Assembly: GCA_030141605.1 (NCBI GenBank)
Contig: JAQGDQ010002378.1
Coordinates: 186,001 to 250,000 of the forward strand
Direction of reading: 5' to 3'
DNA from: Tubiluchus corallicola
Lineage: Eukaryota > Animalia > Priapulida
DNA length: 64,000 nt
Shown: piece by piece, positions 40,676 to 53,196 of the stretch
How positions within the stretch are numbered: the stretch's first letter is position 1
How the letters are laid out: each line of letters starts with the position of its first letter
Position numbers and translations under genes: made by a program
Notes under the pieces: generated by a model
What the model was told of the DNA's origin: nothing
The model's input: only the letters and a program-made list of their open reading frames with translations
Database searches by the model: none

Positions 40676-41731
40676 GCTACACCAATGTTTTTTACCAGCG
40701 AGCATTCGTCAGGAAACATGTTAACTTTCATAGAGAAAAAGAAATTATGTTTAATTTATCGCAAAATATTATGGCAACATTAAGTATACACAAAATATAA
40801 TGTATAATCTTTCTTAATGTAAAATGATACTACAATATGGTTACATCTAAATAGAATTACTAAAGTTTAATAACATAATATCATGATACCAAACTGAACT
40901 CAAAATTAACTAAATTATTGTTGGTGCTGCCAGTAAAATGAAGAAATTAATCACCGTTCGTCATTGTCTTCATCGTCTTCATCACCATAATCTCAGTCAT
41001 CATCACTGTCTCTCTCACCATCACTATCACAGTCGTGTCATCATCATCGCCAGTGCCATAATACATGCCATCATGTCATCACCATTATTATTATCATCGT
41101 CATCAGCAGCACCAGTAACAGAAGCAGCAACATTATGACTAGCAGGTAAACTGTTATTATTAACATCATTTATTTTCGAACACACGTGTACAGTCAAGTT
41201 ACATAAGTGATTCAATTAAAAGAAGTTAGTAGACTATTAGCAAAAGTATATTAAATATATTAAAAACTGACAACAACAAAAAAGTAGTGAAGTTATTTTC
41301 ATACAAGAAGACAAAGCAATTAATTTAAAAAGATCCCCACATATTCTAACGTTTCTCTCAATTGATACTTTGATAAAAATTAAGATTTGTATTTTCTATA
41401 CAACTTATGCAGTCTTTAGTTAAGTTTATTATCGTTAGCTGCCTTTCATAATCTTACGAGATAATACATGAAAATGTACATCTTTCAGGGTACATTATTT
41501 TTATAACAGTTTTATACAAGTTGAAAAACATTATTGAGTTTACGGCATTTAACGTATGTTTGGTTACAAATTTAATTGTCGAGGTTCTACTATTTTTACA
41601 TGCTACATGGAATTTCATAAAACCGTTTTGCAAAGTGCTTTCTCGGTTGCACGGTACCAGCAATGTGGGGCATAATGTAAGGATGAGCTGTGTACGGCAG
41701 TTTCCATAATAAAATGTAAAACGAAATGGAA

Positions 41732-41962
41732 TTAAATTAAATATTCATAATATAACAACATCAGCAGCACTGCTGTTATCGTAGTTCTGGACGGCAACAT
41801 CAGTAAGGCAAAATTGTCCACGTTGCAAAGAGTTGAATTACAACAGGAAATGCATGATTTTATTGTCACTCCATAACCACTCAGCTCACAGCCAGGTTCA
41901 CATTCTTTAGCACATCTCCGCAGGAGGAGAACAAGAACCCCATTCACTTCTCTTCTCTCCGT
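41732..41962 (-). CDS. Ly6/uPAR three-finger (LYPD6-like) protein, last coding exon with putative GPI signal
   Basis: TTTTTGTAG acceptor, phase 0; TERREVNGVLVLLLRRCAKECEPGC...SCISCCNSTLCN (CCxxxxCN Ly6 hallmark) followed by a hydrophobic C-terminus. Confidence 0.9.
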   Translation of the reverse strand, partial: TERREVNGVLVLLLRRCAKECEPGCELSGYGVTIKSCISCCNSTLCNVDNFALLMLPSRTTITAVLLMLLYYEYLI

Positions 41963-42748
41963 CTACAAAAATAACGTAAAATAAATTTTAATAATTATGC
42001 CAATTGAAAGTGATATAAATTTTAGATTTGATATTAGTAATAAAAAGGCATAAAATAAACACTTTTTGTTGCAAGTGTAGTGACGAATTGCCAAACCATG
42101 TCACCTCTTGCACAAGGGTTCGTATAATTCTGATTTGCCGGAGCGAATTCGAGGTGTGAACGTGGCTTTGTTGTGCAACATCATTCGCTTCACTAGCCGG
42201 AAAAACAACAGCAATGATAAGTTTCTCATACATTATTGTATTGCATAATGCGGAGCAATGCTAGCAGGAATGCAGCATTAAACAGCGGGATCACTTTAAG
42301 GTGGTGTTTATGGCGAGATCGGCGTCTTACCTCGTGTCAGTAACCTTAAGTGCAACCCAAGTGAGCTACTGAACCAGAAGGGGCGTCTTAGCCATGTTTT
42401 GATACAAAAGCACAAGGCCAGCAACCAAAAACACTATGGAGAGTGATATATGGCCAAGGGCAAGTATCGAATTCGAGCCCAGGCGGTAGCGTTGCGTAAC
42501 TTCGGTCGTGAGACACACGAACGTCACCACTCAGCTATTAACCTGCTTTAGTGCTGAATATTAATTATAGTATTAATTTGGGCAGTTCAAGTCACCTCAG
42601 CAAAGTAAAGAACTTGTCTGCAGAAATGTCTGTAACATGCAAATTTGAAGCTGCAAGAACAGTCATAAGCAAATTACCCAGAGGATAGATATTAACTATG
42701 ACGTTTAAGACCCACATATAACACATTAGTAATAACTATAGTAGTTAC

Positions 42749-42951
42749 CTGGCAGGTATTGTACTTTTTCGGGCAAAATACCCAATAGCTGCTATTGATG
42801 AGTCTATCTTCACTAAAACAGGTATCATTCGTATTGTACGTCTTGCGAAACGATACTTCACATTCATAACACTGCAAGTAATCTTCAAAGTCTAATAAAG
42901 GGATTCCATATCTTGCATTTGATGAGCTTCCTTCGGTTGTATATGACAGTG
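42749..42951 (-). CDS. Ly6/three-finger protein, coding exon 2
   Basis: TTTGCAG acceptor, CAG/GTAAC donor; LSYTTEG...DYLQCYECEVSF...NDTCF...VFCPKKYNTCQ (LxCYxC start of the LU domain). Confidence 0.88.
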
Positions 42952-43684
42952 CTGCAAAGCAAAAATAAACATTAGTTCCGTCTCAGTAGGTGAGCCATAA
43001 TTTGTTACAGACAGATATAAATTGCAACTTACCTGTTAATTTTACTACAAAAAATTATTATTTTACCATCTCTTCTATTCCCTTTTCTGTTCTCCTTCTC
43101 TTTCTATCTGTCTCTCTCTTTCTCTTTTTTCTCTCTCTTCGCACTTTTCAAGCTTTGACATTGCTTTCATACCGTTTATCATTTCTCTAATTAACCTATT
43201 AGACAACACAACTTAGCCAACTTTTATTCTCAGTCGCATCAGTCTGTTCGCCTGTCTGTCCGCCCGCCTTCCTGCCTACCTCTGCACGCTACTCCTCGGG
43301 GACGGCTGATACAATTCCAACCAACCAAGCAAGCAACCAAGCCAGCCTGAACACTTGTTATACAGTAAAAAACTGTGGGGCCATGCTGACAACGATCGCT
43401 TACCTGCGGCATAAAAACAACTTCTAAGATTGGTACTTTTCTGACTTCAAAATCTATCTCTATTCCTGAGGTAGTGAAGACGCAACTGGATATTGTGATA
43501 CAATGAACAATTATCTAAAAGTTGTAGGAGTCAAAATTTAGAATTTTTATCTGTCTGACTGTTTGTGTTTGTTTGCTCTTTCTCCGATATCTCTGAAACG
43601 ATTCGAACAAAGCTTACACAGCAGGTAGGATCTGACCTATAGCTGTGCGTTAAAAATGCCTAACAACGGTCATAAAACTTAAAA

Positions 43685-43900
43685 TTCTAAAATTAGTACT
43701 TGTCTACTAAACTTCTAAAATTAGTACTTGTCTACTAAACTTCTAAAATTAGTACTTTTCTACTAAACTTCTAATATTAGTACTTGTCTACTAAACTTCT
43801 AAAATTAGTACTTTTCTACTAAACTTCTAAAATTAGTACTTTTCTACTAAACTTCTAAAATTAGTACTTTTCTACTAAACTTCTAAAATTAGTATTTTTC
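43685..43900. repeat. 28-bp minisatellite (about 7.5 units) in a Ly6 gene intron
   Basis: TTCTAAAATTAGTACTT(G/T)TCTACTAAAC at a 28-bp period. Confidence 0.95.
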
Positions 43901-44142
43901 TGTCTGTATAATCTATCTCCTCCAAAATTGCTGAGCTAGTGTAGACGTTACTCGGTCCTGAAGTACACTGGAAATTATATAAAAACGTGAGAGTCAACGT
44001 TTGAAATTTAGTATTTTCTGACCACCATTATAAAGTCTATAGTAGAGAGTCGAATCACTATCAGGCGACCGGCTTGAGTTACGACTAAAGGTTAGCAAAT
44101 TTACCAAAATCAAAAACAACTTTTTTATGCTGAGTTACTTAC

Positions 44143-44197
44143 TTTGCAGCCAGAGAATGGACAATGTTAGACACAAAGCAACTTTCTTGTCAAACAT
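44143..44197 (-). CDS. Ly6/three-finger protein, coding exon 1 (signal peptide)
   Basis: MFDKKVALCLTLSILWLQ, donor A/GTAAGT, phase 1 matches the next exon; an acceptor at 44228-44229 and an upstream CAG/GTAAGT donor at 44697-44698 suggest a further 5' UTR exon. Confidence 0.8.
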
Positions 44198-44859
44198 CTT
44201 GAAGGCTAAGCTATCGGCATCAGCAATCTACAGAACTACCACAATGAAAATGTTTATTAATTAAGTTATCTGACATACTTGTTAAGTGTTGCTATCTGAC
44301 ATCAACATGATTTGTGCAACCATCAATGATGAAAACGCGTTACAAGAACTTTGATTTATTTATGTTCATTAGCTTGAAAAGTTTGAAGTGGGATTCGTGA
44401 ATTTCTCACAGATACCAAAAAACATGCTTTAATATCAATATAATCTACTAACCGATTCTATGAATCATAATGAATAAATTAACAGACTATGTTTAGGGCA
44501 ATAATAATGGTTAAATGGAGCTTCGTAGATAATGCGAAGCCATGGTTAAGCAGTCATAGAACTCGACCTATTTAGTAAAATGATGCGCCATTCGCAGGTT
44601 ATTTCTCTCGCTAAGTCGTTGAGGGACCTAGTCTGGTTAAGTCGTAGAGACATCCACGGTGTGCATCTGATTATGCAGGCAGAGGTAGAATTACTTACCT
44701 GTATTTTTTCACTATCTCGTCTCACAGGTTTATCCTTGACAAACAGGTGTGGTCTGAATTCTGGCTCTGCAACAAGTAGCAGTCTGGATCTGCCCTATGT
44801 TGAATACCAGCTATTCCTTTAATACAGACAAATTACGAACAAATTATTTTATTACTAAC

Positions 44860-46509
44860 ATGTAATAGTGGATGGCAAAATGTATAGCAGCATTAAGAAT
44901 ATTCTTTCAGATACCTATAGTGCTGTGAATCTAAATGGTATCCTCACTGATAAATTTAAATGTGAATATGGTGTCAGGCAGGGAGACACTTTGTCACCAA
45001 CCCTGTTCAGCTGGTATATAAATGATATGGCAGATGATGTAAAGTCCCTAAATATTGGTATTCCTGTTGGTAATGATAAGATTTGTATTTTAATGTATGC
45101 TGATGACGTTGTAATTTTAGCAGAATCTGAAGAAGATCTTCAGAAAATGTTAGATAAGATCACTGAGTGGGGAAAGAAATGGAGAATCAAATTTAACAGT
45201 AAAAAGTCAAATGTTGTCCATTTCAGAAAACCCCAAGTGAATCAAACTGATGTACTATTTAAACTTAGTGATCAGATTTTGAGCACTGTAGATAGGTATA
45301 AGTATCTGGGGATTTATCTTAATGAACATTTAGATTATAAGGTTACAGCACTAGTACTGGCAGACTCAGGCAGTAGAGCACTGGATGCCTTGATTGGTAA
45401 ATATAAAAAGTTAAATGGGCTGGGTTATTATTCTTTTACTAAGTTATTCAATGCAGGTGTATGTCCTATACTTGATTATGGTTCAGAAGTATGGGGATAT
45501 AACAAGTACCCTAAAATTGATACTGTCCAGAATAAGGCATTAAGAATATTTCTTGGTGTTCATAATTTTGCTGCTAATCAATGTATACAGGGTGATATGG
45601 GATGGTCACCATCTTCAGTTAGAAGAAAGTCATCTATGATAAGGTATTGGAATCGTCTTTTAACACTTGATAATTCTAGACTTGTTAAGAGAATATTTCT
45701 TTGGGACTGTAATACCAACGTTGGTTGGTCATATGAAATTTCTAAAGTCCTAGAGGAAGCAGGGTTCCAGCAAGCTTTTGTTAATATGGATACTGTACCT
45801 CTTAGCAGAGCATGGGCACAGCTGTATGAGAAACAATGTGTTGATTGGAAAGCAAAAAATGCAGATTACCCTAAACTTAGAACATATATATTGTATAAGA
45901 ACAGCTTTGGAGTAGAACCATATGTTTATATTAATATGCAAGGAAAATACAGGTCTGTGCTTGCAAAGCTAAGAAGTGGTACTCTTCCCCTGGAACTGGA
46001 GCATGGTAGGTTTAGAAATGTTAAGGTTGGTGAACGTTTGTGTAAGATATGTTGCTGTGGAGATGTAGAAGATGAATCTCACTTTATGTTTGTTTGTACA
46101 CATTATAGACTAGAGAGAGAAGAATTTTTCCAAGATATTAACATGGACCCGGAACAATTAGATAATGTAAATAAATGGAAATATATTATGTCAGAAGAGA
46201 ATGTCCTTAGGACTGCAAAATATGCTTATAAGATTTTTAGAATGAGGCAAAGCAAGATATATATTTAATACATGACTTGTCCATTCAGGTATATGTTAAA
46301 ATTCCATATTATATATATTCTTTTATTTGATATTCTATGTAAATGAACTGCACAGTTATTATGTGATAAATTTTCATGAAATTGACTTGTAAGCCCAAGT
46401 GGGCTGGAAACAGCTTTAATAACATTTTACAGTATTAATTAACACATGAATTATTACATCGTTATTATCATATGTTTATGTCAATAAAGATATTCAATCA
46501 TTCAATCAA
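44860..46509 (+). mobile_element. 5'-truncated non-LTR retrotransposon (RTE-X-like) with 3' UTR and (ATTCAATC)n tail
   Basis: Uninterrupted RT ORF; AATAAA then ATTCAATC x2 at the 3' end; possible 6-bp TSD ACTAAC (44854-44859 and 46510-46515). Confidence 0.85.
44868..46268 (+). CDS. LINE ORF2 fragment: RT domain plus C-terminal CCHC motif (466 aa, N-truncated)
   Basis: GVRQGDTLSPTLF, LMYADD, YKYLG, PILDYGSEVWG and LPLELEHGRF...RLCKIC...EDESHFMFVC. Confidence 0.93.
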   Translation: MDGKMYSSIKNILSDTYSAVNLNGILTDKFKCEYGVRQGDTLSPTLFSWYINDMADDVKSLNIGIPVGNDKICILMYADDVVILAESEEDLQKMLDKITEWGKKWRIKFNSKKSNVVHFRKPQVNQTDVLFKLSDQILSTVDRYKYLGIYLNEHLDYKVTALVLADSGSRALDALIGKYKKLNGLGYYSFTKLFNAGVCPILDYGSEVWGYNKYPKIDTVQNKALRIFLGVHNFAANQCIQGDMGWSPSSVRRKSSMIRYWNRLLTLDNSRLVKRIFLWDCNTNVGWSYEISKVLEEAGFQQAFVNMDTVPLSRAWAQLYEKQCVDWKAKNADYPKLRTYILYKNSFGVEPYVYINMQGKYRSVLAKLRSGTLPLELEHGRFRNVKVGERLCKICCCGDVEDESHFMFVCTHYRLEREEFFQDINMDPEQLDNVNKWKYIMSEENVLRTAKYAYKIFRMRQSKIYI

Positions 46510-46702
46510 ACTAACGAAAGATCTGATACGCAGCCGTCCGTGTAGAAGGGAGCGCAGCATTAATGACGACCGTACAGCCAAACATTTCGTCACTGTTTAG
46601 TTTTAAGTACTCATGGGTAGTGTTTTAACGTTGAAATTTAGATCTATAATCAATTGTTTAGTGGGTTATCTTGTTTTTTAAGTTCAATTTTTGTATCACT
46701 GC

Positions 46703-47624
46703 TAGGGTTGCCATCCTCCTGATTTGGCCCGGAGTCTACTGAAATTCAGCCATACATCCGCGATTCGGTTTGGTTTTTGAAAAATTCTGAAGTTTTCTGA
46801 TATCGACCATCACATTACAATTTAAGTGGGAAAAACGGAAATACATCTTGCATAGTATTGAACCGTTGCATAAGGTTACGCTAAAAACTGCGGAATTTTT
46901 GTCAAGTAAAATAGTGAACTTATTAAATCAAGTTTAAATGGTTACATGGCTTCTGTTAAATGCATGATGCAAGTATTCTTCAGGCTTAAGTTAAATTCAC
47001 TTAACATAAACCATCTATCTATTATACGTACAGCATTCATGCATACCGTGTTACAATACGTCGCGGGAAAAGCAAAAACCAATGCTGGAATACTGATCCC
47101 TGATTGGATAAAACCCTTGGCCGGCTGGTGCATACTGTACAAAATAGAACTCATTTCTGTTTTAGAACGGCTGCTGTCTTCACGGCCACTTCCATAAACT
47201 CCGCGTTTCATCTTTGATTTGAAATTAATGTAGTCTAATTTGGGCGGTCATTTTATCACGGCCGACGTCTGCCGGTTTGTCTTGTGGCGGCCGTGTATCA
47301 TTGGCTTAACACAAAATTCTTAAACAATACAGCCGACGTGCACGAGCAAGGGTTGGGGGTGGGGGGTGGCTGTTTGTCTGCAGCCTCCCCCGCCCGGATT
47401 CGGGCAAACACATTTTTTTCGGGCACCGAAATTACTATAAAATAATATTTTTCATAAAAGGAAATCTCGCAATTTCTCCATGCTGCCAAATGAAGTGCCC
47501 GAAATTCGGACATTTTTTTATCATGGGGTGTGGTGAGGCAATTCCCGACGCGGAGGTGACCCTGAATTTTTCCGGCAAAAGTGGCTTACCCTCCCTCCTG
47601 AAAAAATCGGCCCGTTCGCCTATG
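46703..47624. mobile_element. Nested or decayed hAT-type MITE fragments
   Basis: TAGGGTTGCCA terminus at 46703; GC-rich 47330-47624 ends in GCCCGTTCGCCTATG with TTCGGGCA subterminal repeats; no TSD resolved. Confidence 0.4.
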
Positions 47625-48504
47625 CCGTCATGGTGTCATCAGCACTAGAAAAATTTAAAATAGGCAAGATAAGTTATGTTGATAATTGTGAGTGAAACTT
47701 GAAAATTTGTTCCTATATCAGTGTAATTATCTCGAATAAATACGACAGAAAAAAGTACCACTTCATAGGTGCCGTTTTTTCGTTTTGCCTTCCCTGTTTT
47801 CCTCTTTCATTTATCACGGTTTTTGCATAGGTTTATTAATTTTCATTACTAGCCTTTAACAAAGTTTTTTGTTATTTTTTTTTACAGATTTCTTTTTTAT
47901 TTACTTGTGCTTCTGTCTGTTTAAACTAGTGACGTGACATTTGGTAATTATTTTCTCATAAACGTTTAATTCAGTTTTGTTTCTTTTGTATGTACCAGGT
48001 AGTACCTATATTGTTATACACAGAACTGTTATTGACTGTTATTCGATTTAGTAATATAATTAGGCCTATAAATACAATTAATAGGCCTATGTCGCAGGAA
48101 CAGTGCACTGAAAGCACTTATACCTAACTTAGACTAAATGCTGAATTTTGGCTTTGAACAAGTGTGCCGAATCGTATAAAAATTATTAATAATTCTTTTA
48201 AGAAAGTTAAAACTTCTTATATGATAATATTTGAACACACTACGTAGTTAGCTACAATAAATTATTAGCTTAATAATTAACACAGTAAATGTAACATTTG
48301 CCAGTGGCTAGCGATTACTGCAGCCACTATGCAAGAACAATTTTTAGTAAATAGCTGAACAACCAGCGACGTAGGTCGCGGGGAGCGATATAAATTCTGT
48401 ACAATGATTCTGCGCATAGTACATATTGCGAAAGCGCATGTGCACTGCTATCTGTTAGTAAGCGATGTTTCAGCAAGTTTTATTGCTTTCCTGTTAGTAT
48501 ACTT

Positions 48505-48578
48505 GGCCGGTTAGCTCAGTCGGTTAGAGCGTGGTGCTAATAACGCTAAGGTCGCGGGTTCGACCCCCGTACTGGCCA
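48505..48578 (+). tRNA. tRNA-Ile (anticodon AAT)
   Basis: GGCCGGTTAGCTCAGTCGGTTAGAGCGTGGTGCTAATAACGCTAAGGTCGCGGGTTCGACCCCCGTACTGGCCA: full cloverleaf, A and B boxes, near-identical to metazoan Ile-AAT; TTTTT Pol III terminator at 48583. Confidence 0.95.
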
Positions 48579-49639
48579 TATATTTTTCTTGCAAGTTTAT
48601 TTACAGCGCTACTTAATTTAGCTGTCTTAATTCATACGGGTATTCTAAAGTCCAAACTAACATTTAAAAATTGCACAATATTACTAAATAGTACCTAGAT
48701 TGGCTACAATGTGTTACTCAGTCATAATCTAGGTAAAATGATCTGCATTCGTTGGCCTAGAAAAGCAAAAACCCCTACGTGTCTCTGACTCATGTAATTT
48801 AGGGTTATTGCTGGGTAGATTAACAGAAAATGACAGTGAAAAACGAGTGAAACTTGAAGAATGGGTTATTCTTTATTTATTATTATAACCTGTAACCAGC
48901 AAGTGTTTGTCTTTGGCAGTGTGTATTGCATAGCTGTTACACAACAGATTCATAATTCCAGCGTTGTAGCTTTGTTGATGGTAAGCAGCATTATGCTGTC
49001 ATTTGCAATACATTTGTTATTATGGACAATTATCATAAATAATACTGCAAGTAGAAGTACAGCATGTAACTTGCTAAACTTGTAATTAACCGAACTGCAA
49101 TATAATTATACCCTACATAGGCGTGGCCTAAAAACTATACACAGCATAAAATTGTATAGAATAAAATATATTAGCTGCTGCTTTTCTTTGCGTTTACCTA
49201 CTTACTGAAAACGTCATTAAATGTTCGTTTTTGACAAATTGTCCATTTATCATCCGGGGTTGTACCTTTGCACTGATTTTACCACGGTTATGACCATTTA
49301 ATGGTTTATTAGTTTTATTTGTTTTTAAATTTGATTACCTGGTATGTAACACACTTGGTCCACGAGCAGTTATATAAAATGTCGTTGCCTTATAACTGTC
49401 ATCTTCCTTTCAGCTAAATTTTTATATATCTAAATTTTTGGACAGCAAATTATTAAGAGAAAATTACTAGTTTTACTCACACAGTAATAACCATTATCAT
49501 TGTTGGGCTGTAGTGCAATCAATTAATATTGCATACATTGAAACAAAATATATTACATCTTTATGACAAAAAAAATTGACAAAAACTATGTGTAATAATT
49601 TTCATTGTTATTTTTGGACACCAGCTTCTTTAAGTCAAG

Positions 49640-50650
49640 ATCGCATTGAAAGCAAAATTAAATTTAAACAAAAATAGAACAGAGAGCTCTGGAATTGAGG
49701 AAGCTGGGGAACGTTTAATATTTAAACAGCTTATTATTGATACCAAAGTTACTATTGAAATCAAACTACTAATATACAAAAGATTAATAATGCCTCATTT
49801 AACTTATGGCTGCCATCTACTTGAAAACATTTCTAAACCCAAACAGGTAGACTAGATACAACTCAAAATTATGCGCTCAAACATGTACTAGGCCACTTTT
49901 CTAAGAAAATAAATTAACACCATATGTACTCAGCCACTAATAGAAAAAAATTAAGAATACCCAATATAGAATCAAACATTTATTACCATTCCTTAATATT
50001 TCTATTTAAATATATAAATGATATAATTCCAGTTTTCAAAGAAAATGGTTTATTATTTACCCCGATAAACATAAAAACGAACGCACCTATAATCTAAAAC
50101 AGTTACTTACAAAAAATATGGACACAATTCGATAAGCAAAACAAAAATCAACTTATGGAATTCAGCACTCTTAAGTAGAAAATCAAAAGACGGATTAACA
50201 ACGTTTAAAACAGAACTAAAAACAAACTGCTAACTCACAAAAGACCCTTACATAAAAGCGATAAAGTAGAATTCATCAATAATTGAGAATATCAAAAACG
50301 CATAACGCTCTAGACTCACAAATTCATCATAATATAAGTGTCTATACTATAAAAATATGCGACTCATACGGAAACTTGCATGGCAAAAAGTAGCAAAAAG
50401 TATCAAAAAATATTAAAATTTACCATATTTCATAAGTCACTATCATGTCGTCATGTAGATAAATTTGTAGTTATGTAATGTTGTATTTTAATGTTTTTAT
50501 TCTTATGATTTTTAACTTAGACTGACTGACACAACTGTACATAGTGTACATCAGTCTGTCACTGACTGGTTGTACACTGATTTTATGTATGATGTAAAAT
50601 GCTTTACTCTGTACCAGTGTATATATAAATGAAAAAGATAAATGAAATTC
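49640..50650 (+). mobile_element. Decayed CR1/L2-like LINE 3' portion
   Basis: KLLIYKRLIMPHLTYG motif, later LWNS...FKTELK with stops and frameshifts; the 3' tail (50455-50630) recurs at 54497-54670. Confidence 0.65.
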
Positions 50651-51120
50651 ATCATTCTTACTTTATATCAATTCTGATGTTTCTAATATGTTTAACATAT
50701 ACAGTTTTGAATTTTTTTTGGAACTTCAAAAACATCTTCTGTATGATAAATAATCCATCATGTAACAAATTTTATAACATTTTTATATCCTCAGATAATC
50801 GCATTAATTGGTAACCTGCAAATGACTGATAATGAAAATGTTGATTTTCTTAAAAAGTTCACTAAGTACGTAAGCTGTTCAGCTGTTAGTTTTGTGTTGA
50901 TGTTTATTTAGTAAATAAACAATTTTTTACTGTCTACGATCACAGTTTAAAGATTATCAAAACTTATGCAGCAAAGGTAAGGTTGTTAAAATTTTGGAAC
51001 AAACTTAACTGAAGGAAAGAAATATAAAAGTCCTGACTGAATTTGGATTTGAACTGGCGACCTTTTGGTCACGAGTGTAACATCTTAAATCACTACGCGC
51101 AGGCAGCAGCTTGTGATTAA

Positions 51121-51503
51121 TAGGGGTGAGCATTCTCTACCAGAAAGCGAATTCGAATCGAACCGAATTTCTGACTTTCGAATTCGAATCTAACCGAACT
51201 TCAGTGTTTCAAATTCGAACTGAAGTCGAATTGAGATTGAATGATTTTCGAACAAGTTTTCGAACCACCAGTAAAAATTAGTCTTACAAAGATCATGTGT
51301 ATCACTAGATTTTGTTCTGCAATAAAACGACTAGTAATTTGTTTAAAATTGTGCACAGAAATCACTGCTAAATTACGCTAATTGCATGTTGTTTCAATCG
51401 TTTTAGTGATCAGGAACATATGTGATTGAAGTGCTGAATTATTTGAATCTACAGTTTTGGATTCGAATCGAGTTCGAACTCGAACGTTCGATGCTCACCC
51501 CTA
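51121..51503. mobile_element. hAT MITE (383 bp)
   Basis: Perfect 13-bp TIR TAGGGGTGAGCAT ... ATGCTCACCCCTA; flanks GTGATTAA and ATGATTAA (7/8 match, TSD); subterminal TTCGAA repeats. Confidence 0.9.
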
Positions 51504-52175
51504 ATGATTAATTAAAACAAATGTAGCTCTGAAACCAATCGGAAAGTGAATGATACTGTAGGCCTATAGTTCATAAAGTAGCGAATATATGTGATACCGT
51601 ATCATGGATTTAAGACTTTGTGTCGAGCCAAAATGCTTGGACTTGTAAAAAGAGCCCATATTCATATCCAAGTGTATTTTTTTGGTTTTCATAAGCCTAC
51701 TTCGTAGTTAATGTGAATTTGCGCATTTATTAATGCGAAACTAACAAACTTTTAACCTTTTCATGTTTAATCCAAATGCTTTAAACACATAGTAAAGCGT
51801 ACTAGTGGTTATATAAGGCAATCAAATTTTATTTCTTGAGCTAAATGATACGTACTTTTGTAACGCGAGTACACCGAGACAAACCCTGGTAGTAATTACA
51901 ATTAATACCGAATTTATGATAACAATAATTACAAGGACATGACTATGTACAAAGAATAAGAATAAAACTTTAAGAATAAAAAGAATTTTTAGACACAAAA
52001 CAATGCCTACCTTTATAAGCAAATTGTTGCATTTCATGTTTTGGCCGTTAATTCACTAAAGTGACAAAAGCTCATCAGCATTATTGCATTTTTTGTCATA
52101 TATCATACAACAATAACCAAACCAAAACGGGAATAATGTAATTCCCTACGCGATCACACCAACACGCACCTTGCC

Positions 52176-52280
52176 GTTGCCACGGAAACAGCTTCATTTT
52201 CAGCAATTCGCAAAGCAAGGCAGCTTCAATATACCTGCAGCATGCGCGAAATTTTTTCGACTTCTGCCGGCAGATGGCGC
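52176..52280. promoter_or_regulatory. RFX X-box-like and CTCF-like motifs in a locally GC-richer patch
   Basis: GTTGCCACGGAAAC (52176-52189) and CCGGCAGATGGCGC (52267-52280) match the respective consensus sequences; function untested. Confidence 0.35.
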
Positions 52281-52499
52281 ACGGGAGTTGAGAAATTCGC
52301 TGGAAGGAAAGTATCGTTTGAGGAAGCACGCTGATTCTGATCATATGGTTTGGCACAATCAAGCGGAACTAAAACTATAGCTATTACCAGTTAGATCTGC
52401 TTTCGAGTATAGCATTTGATGTTGGTGGTGAAACTGTGATAAATGTGTTTTCTAAAAAGATGAAGACGGGGCTAATCAACTAAGCTAAAGGAAGAAGGC

Positions 52500-53196
52500 C
52501 AGTCGAAAGGAGCTAAAGCATACCTGATTTTGAAAGTACCTACGAAAATCTATTGTTTAAAGACAATTTTGTGTCTCTTCAACTTCTCATTGCTATCGAA
52601 GTATTCAAGATTTTGTCCAAAAACTGCCCGTCCTATCTTTATGGACTGATAGAGAGGAACGAAAGCAAAACCGCTACTTCCTCAGAAAAATGAACACTGC
52701 AGAACACCCTACATATGATGGTGTTACATATGGCAAGAAAAGTTTCTCCTATTATGGAGCCACATTGTGGAATGAATTACCAAACTGTCTCCGAATGGCC
52801 GAAAATCTTGGGGAATTTAAACGTCTAATTAAGTCATGGACTGGTGTATCATGTAAATGTGCCATTTGTAAATTCAGCGAACTTCCCAATTTTGTTAAGT
52901 CGTAATTAAATGCTGAAATGTTGGCAGGAAAATTTTTTATTGACCTGGATAGCTTTTTGTGTAAATTTTAGAAAATGTTACTGCCTAAAATTTTTATGTA
53001 GTTATAAATTTTTCTTGTACCAATACCTCTGGTGGCATCCAAAAGATTTTAAGAAGTACATATTATTACCATGTTATCGCTCATATACATTATGTTTGAT
53101 ATCGGTTTACGAGCTTTAAGCTCATGTTTTACAAATATGTACTGTTTATATCATACCGATGAAAATAAATATCATCTTATCTTATCTTATCTTATC
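52500..53196 (+). mobile_element. CR1/L2-group LINE 3' end with (TCTTA)n tail
   Basis: IAIEVFKIL...PSYL, TYGKKSFSYYGATLWNELP...FKRLIKSWTGVSCKCAIC, then 3' UTR, AATAAA and (TCTTA)n. Confidence 0.8.

Noticed and set aside
43395-43430. Minus-strand TTTTTATGCCGCAG/GTAAG as a recursive splice site or micro-exon in the Ly6 intron
   Set aside because: The intron is only about 1.2 kb, and the possible 20-nt micro-exon would shift the frame; no support without RNA data.
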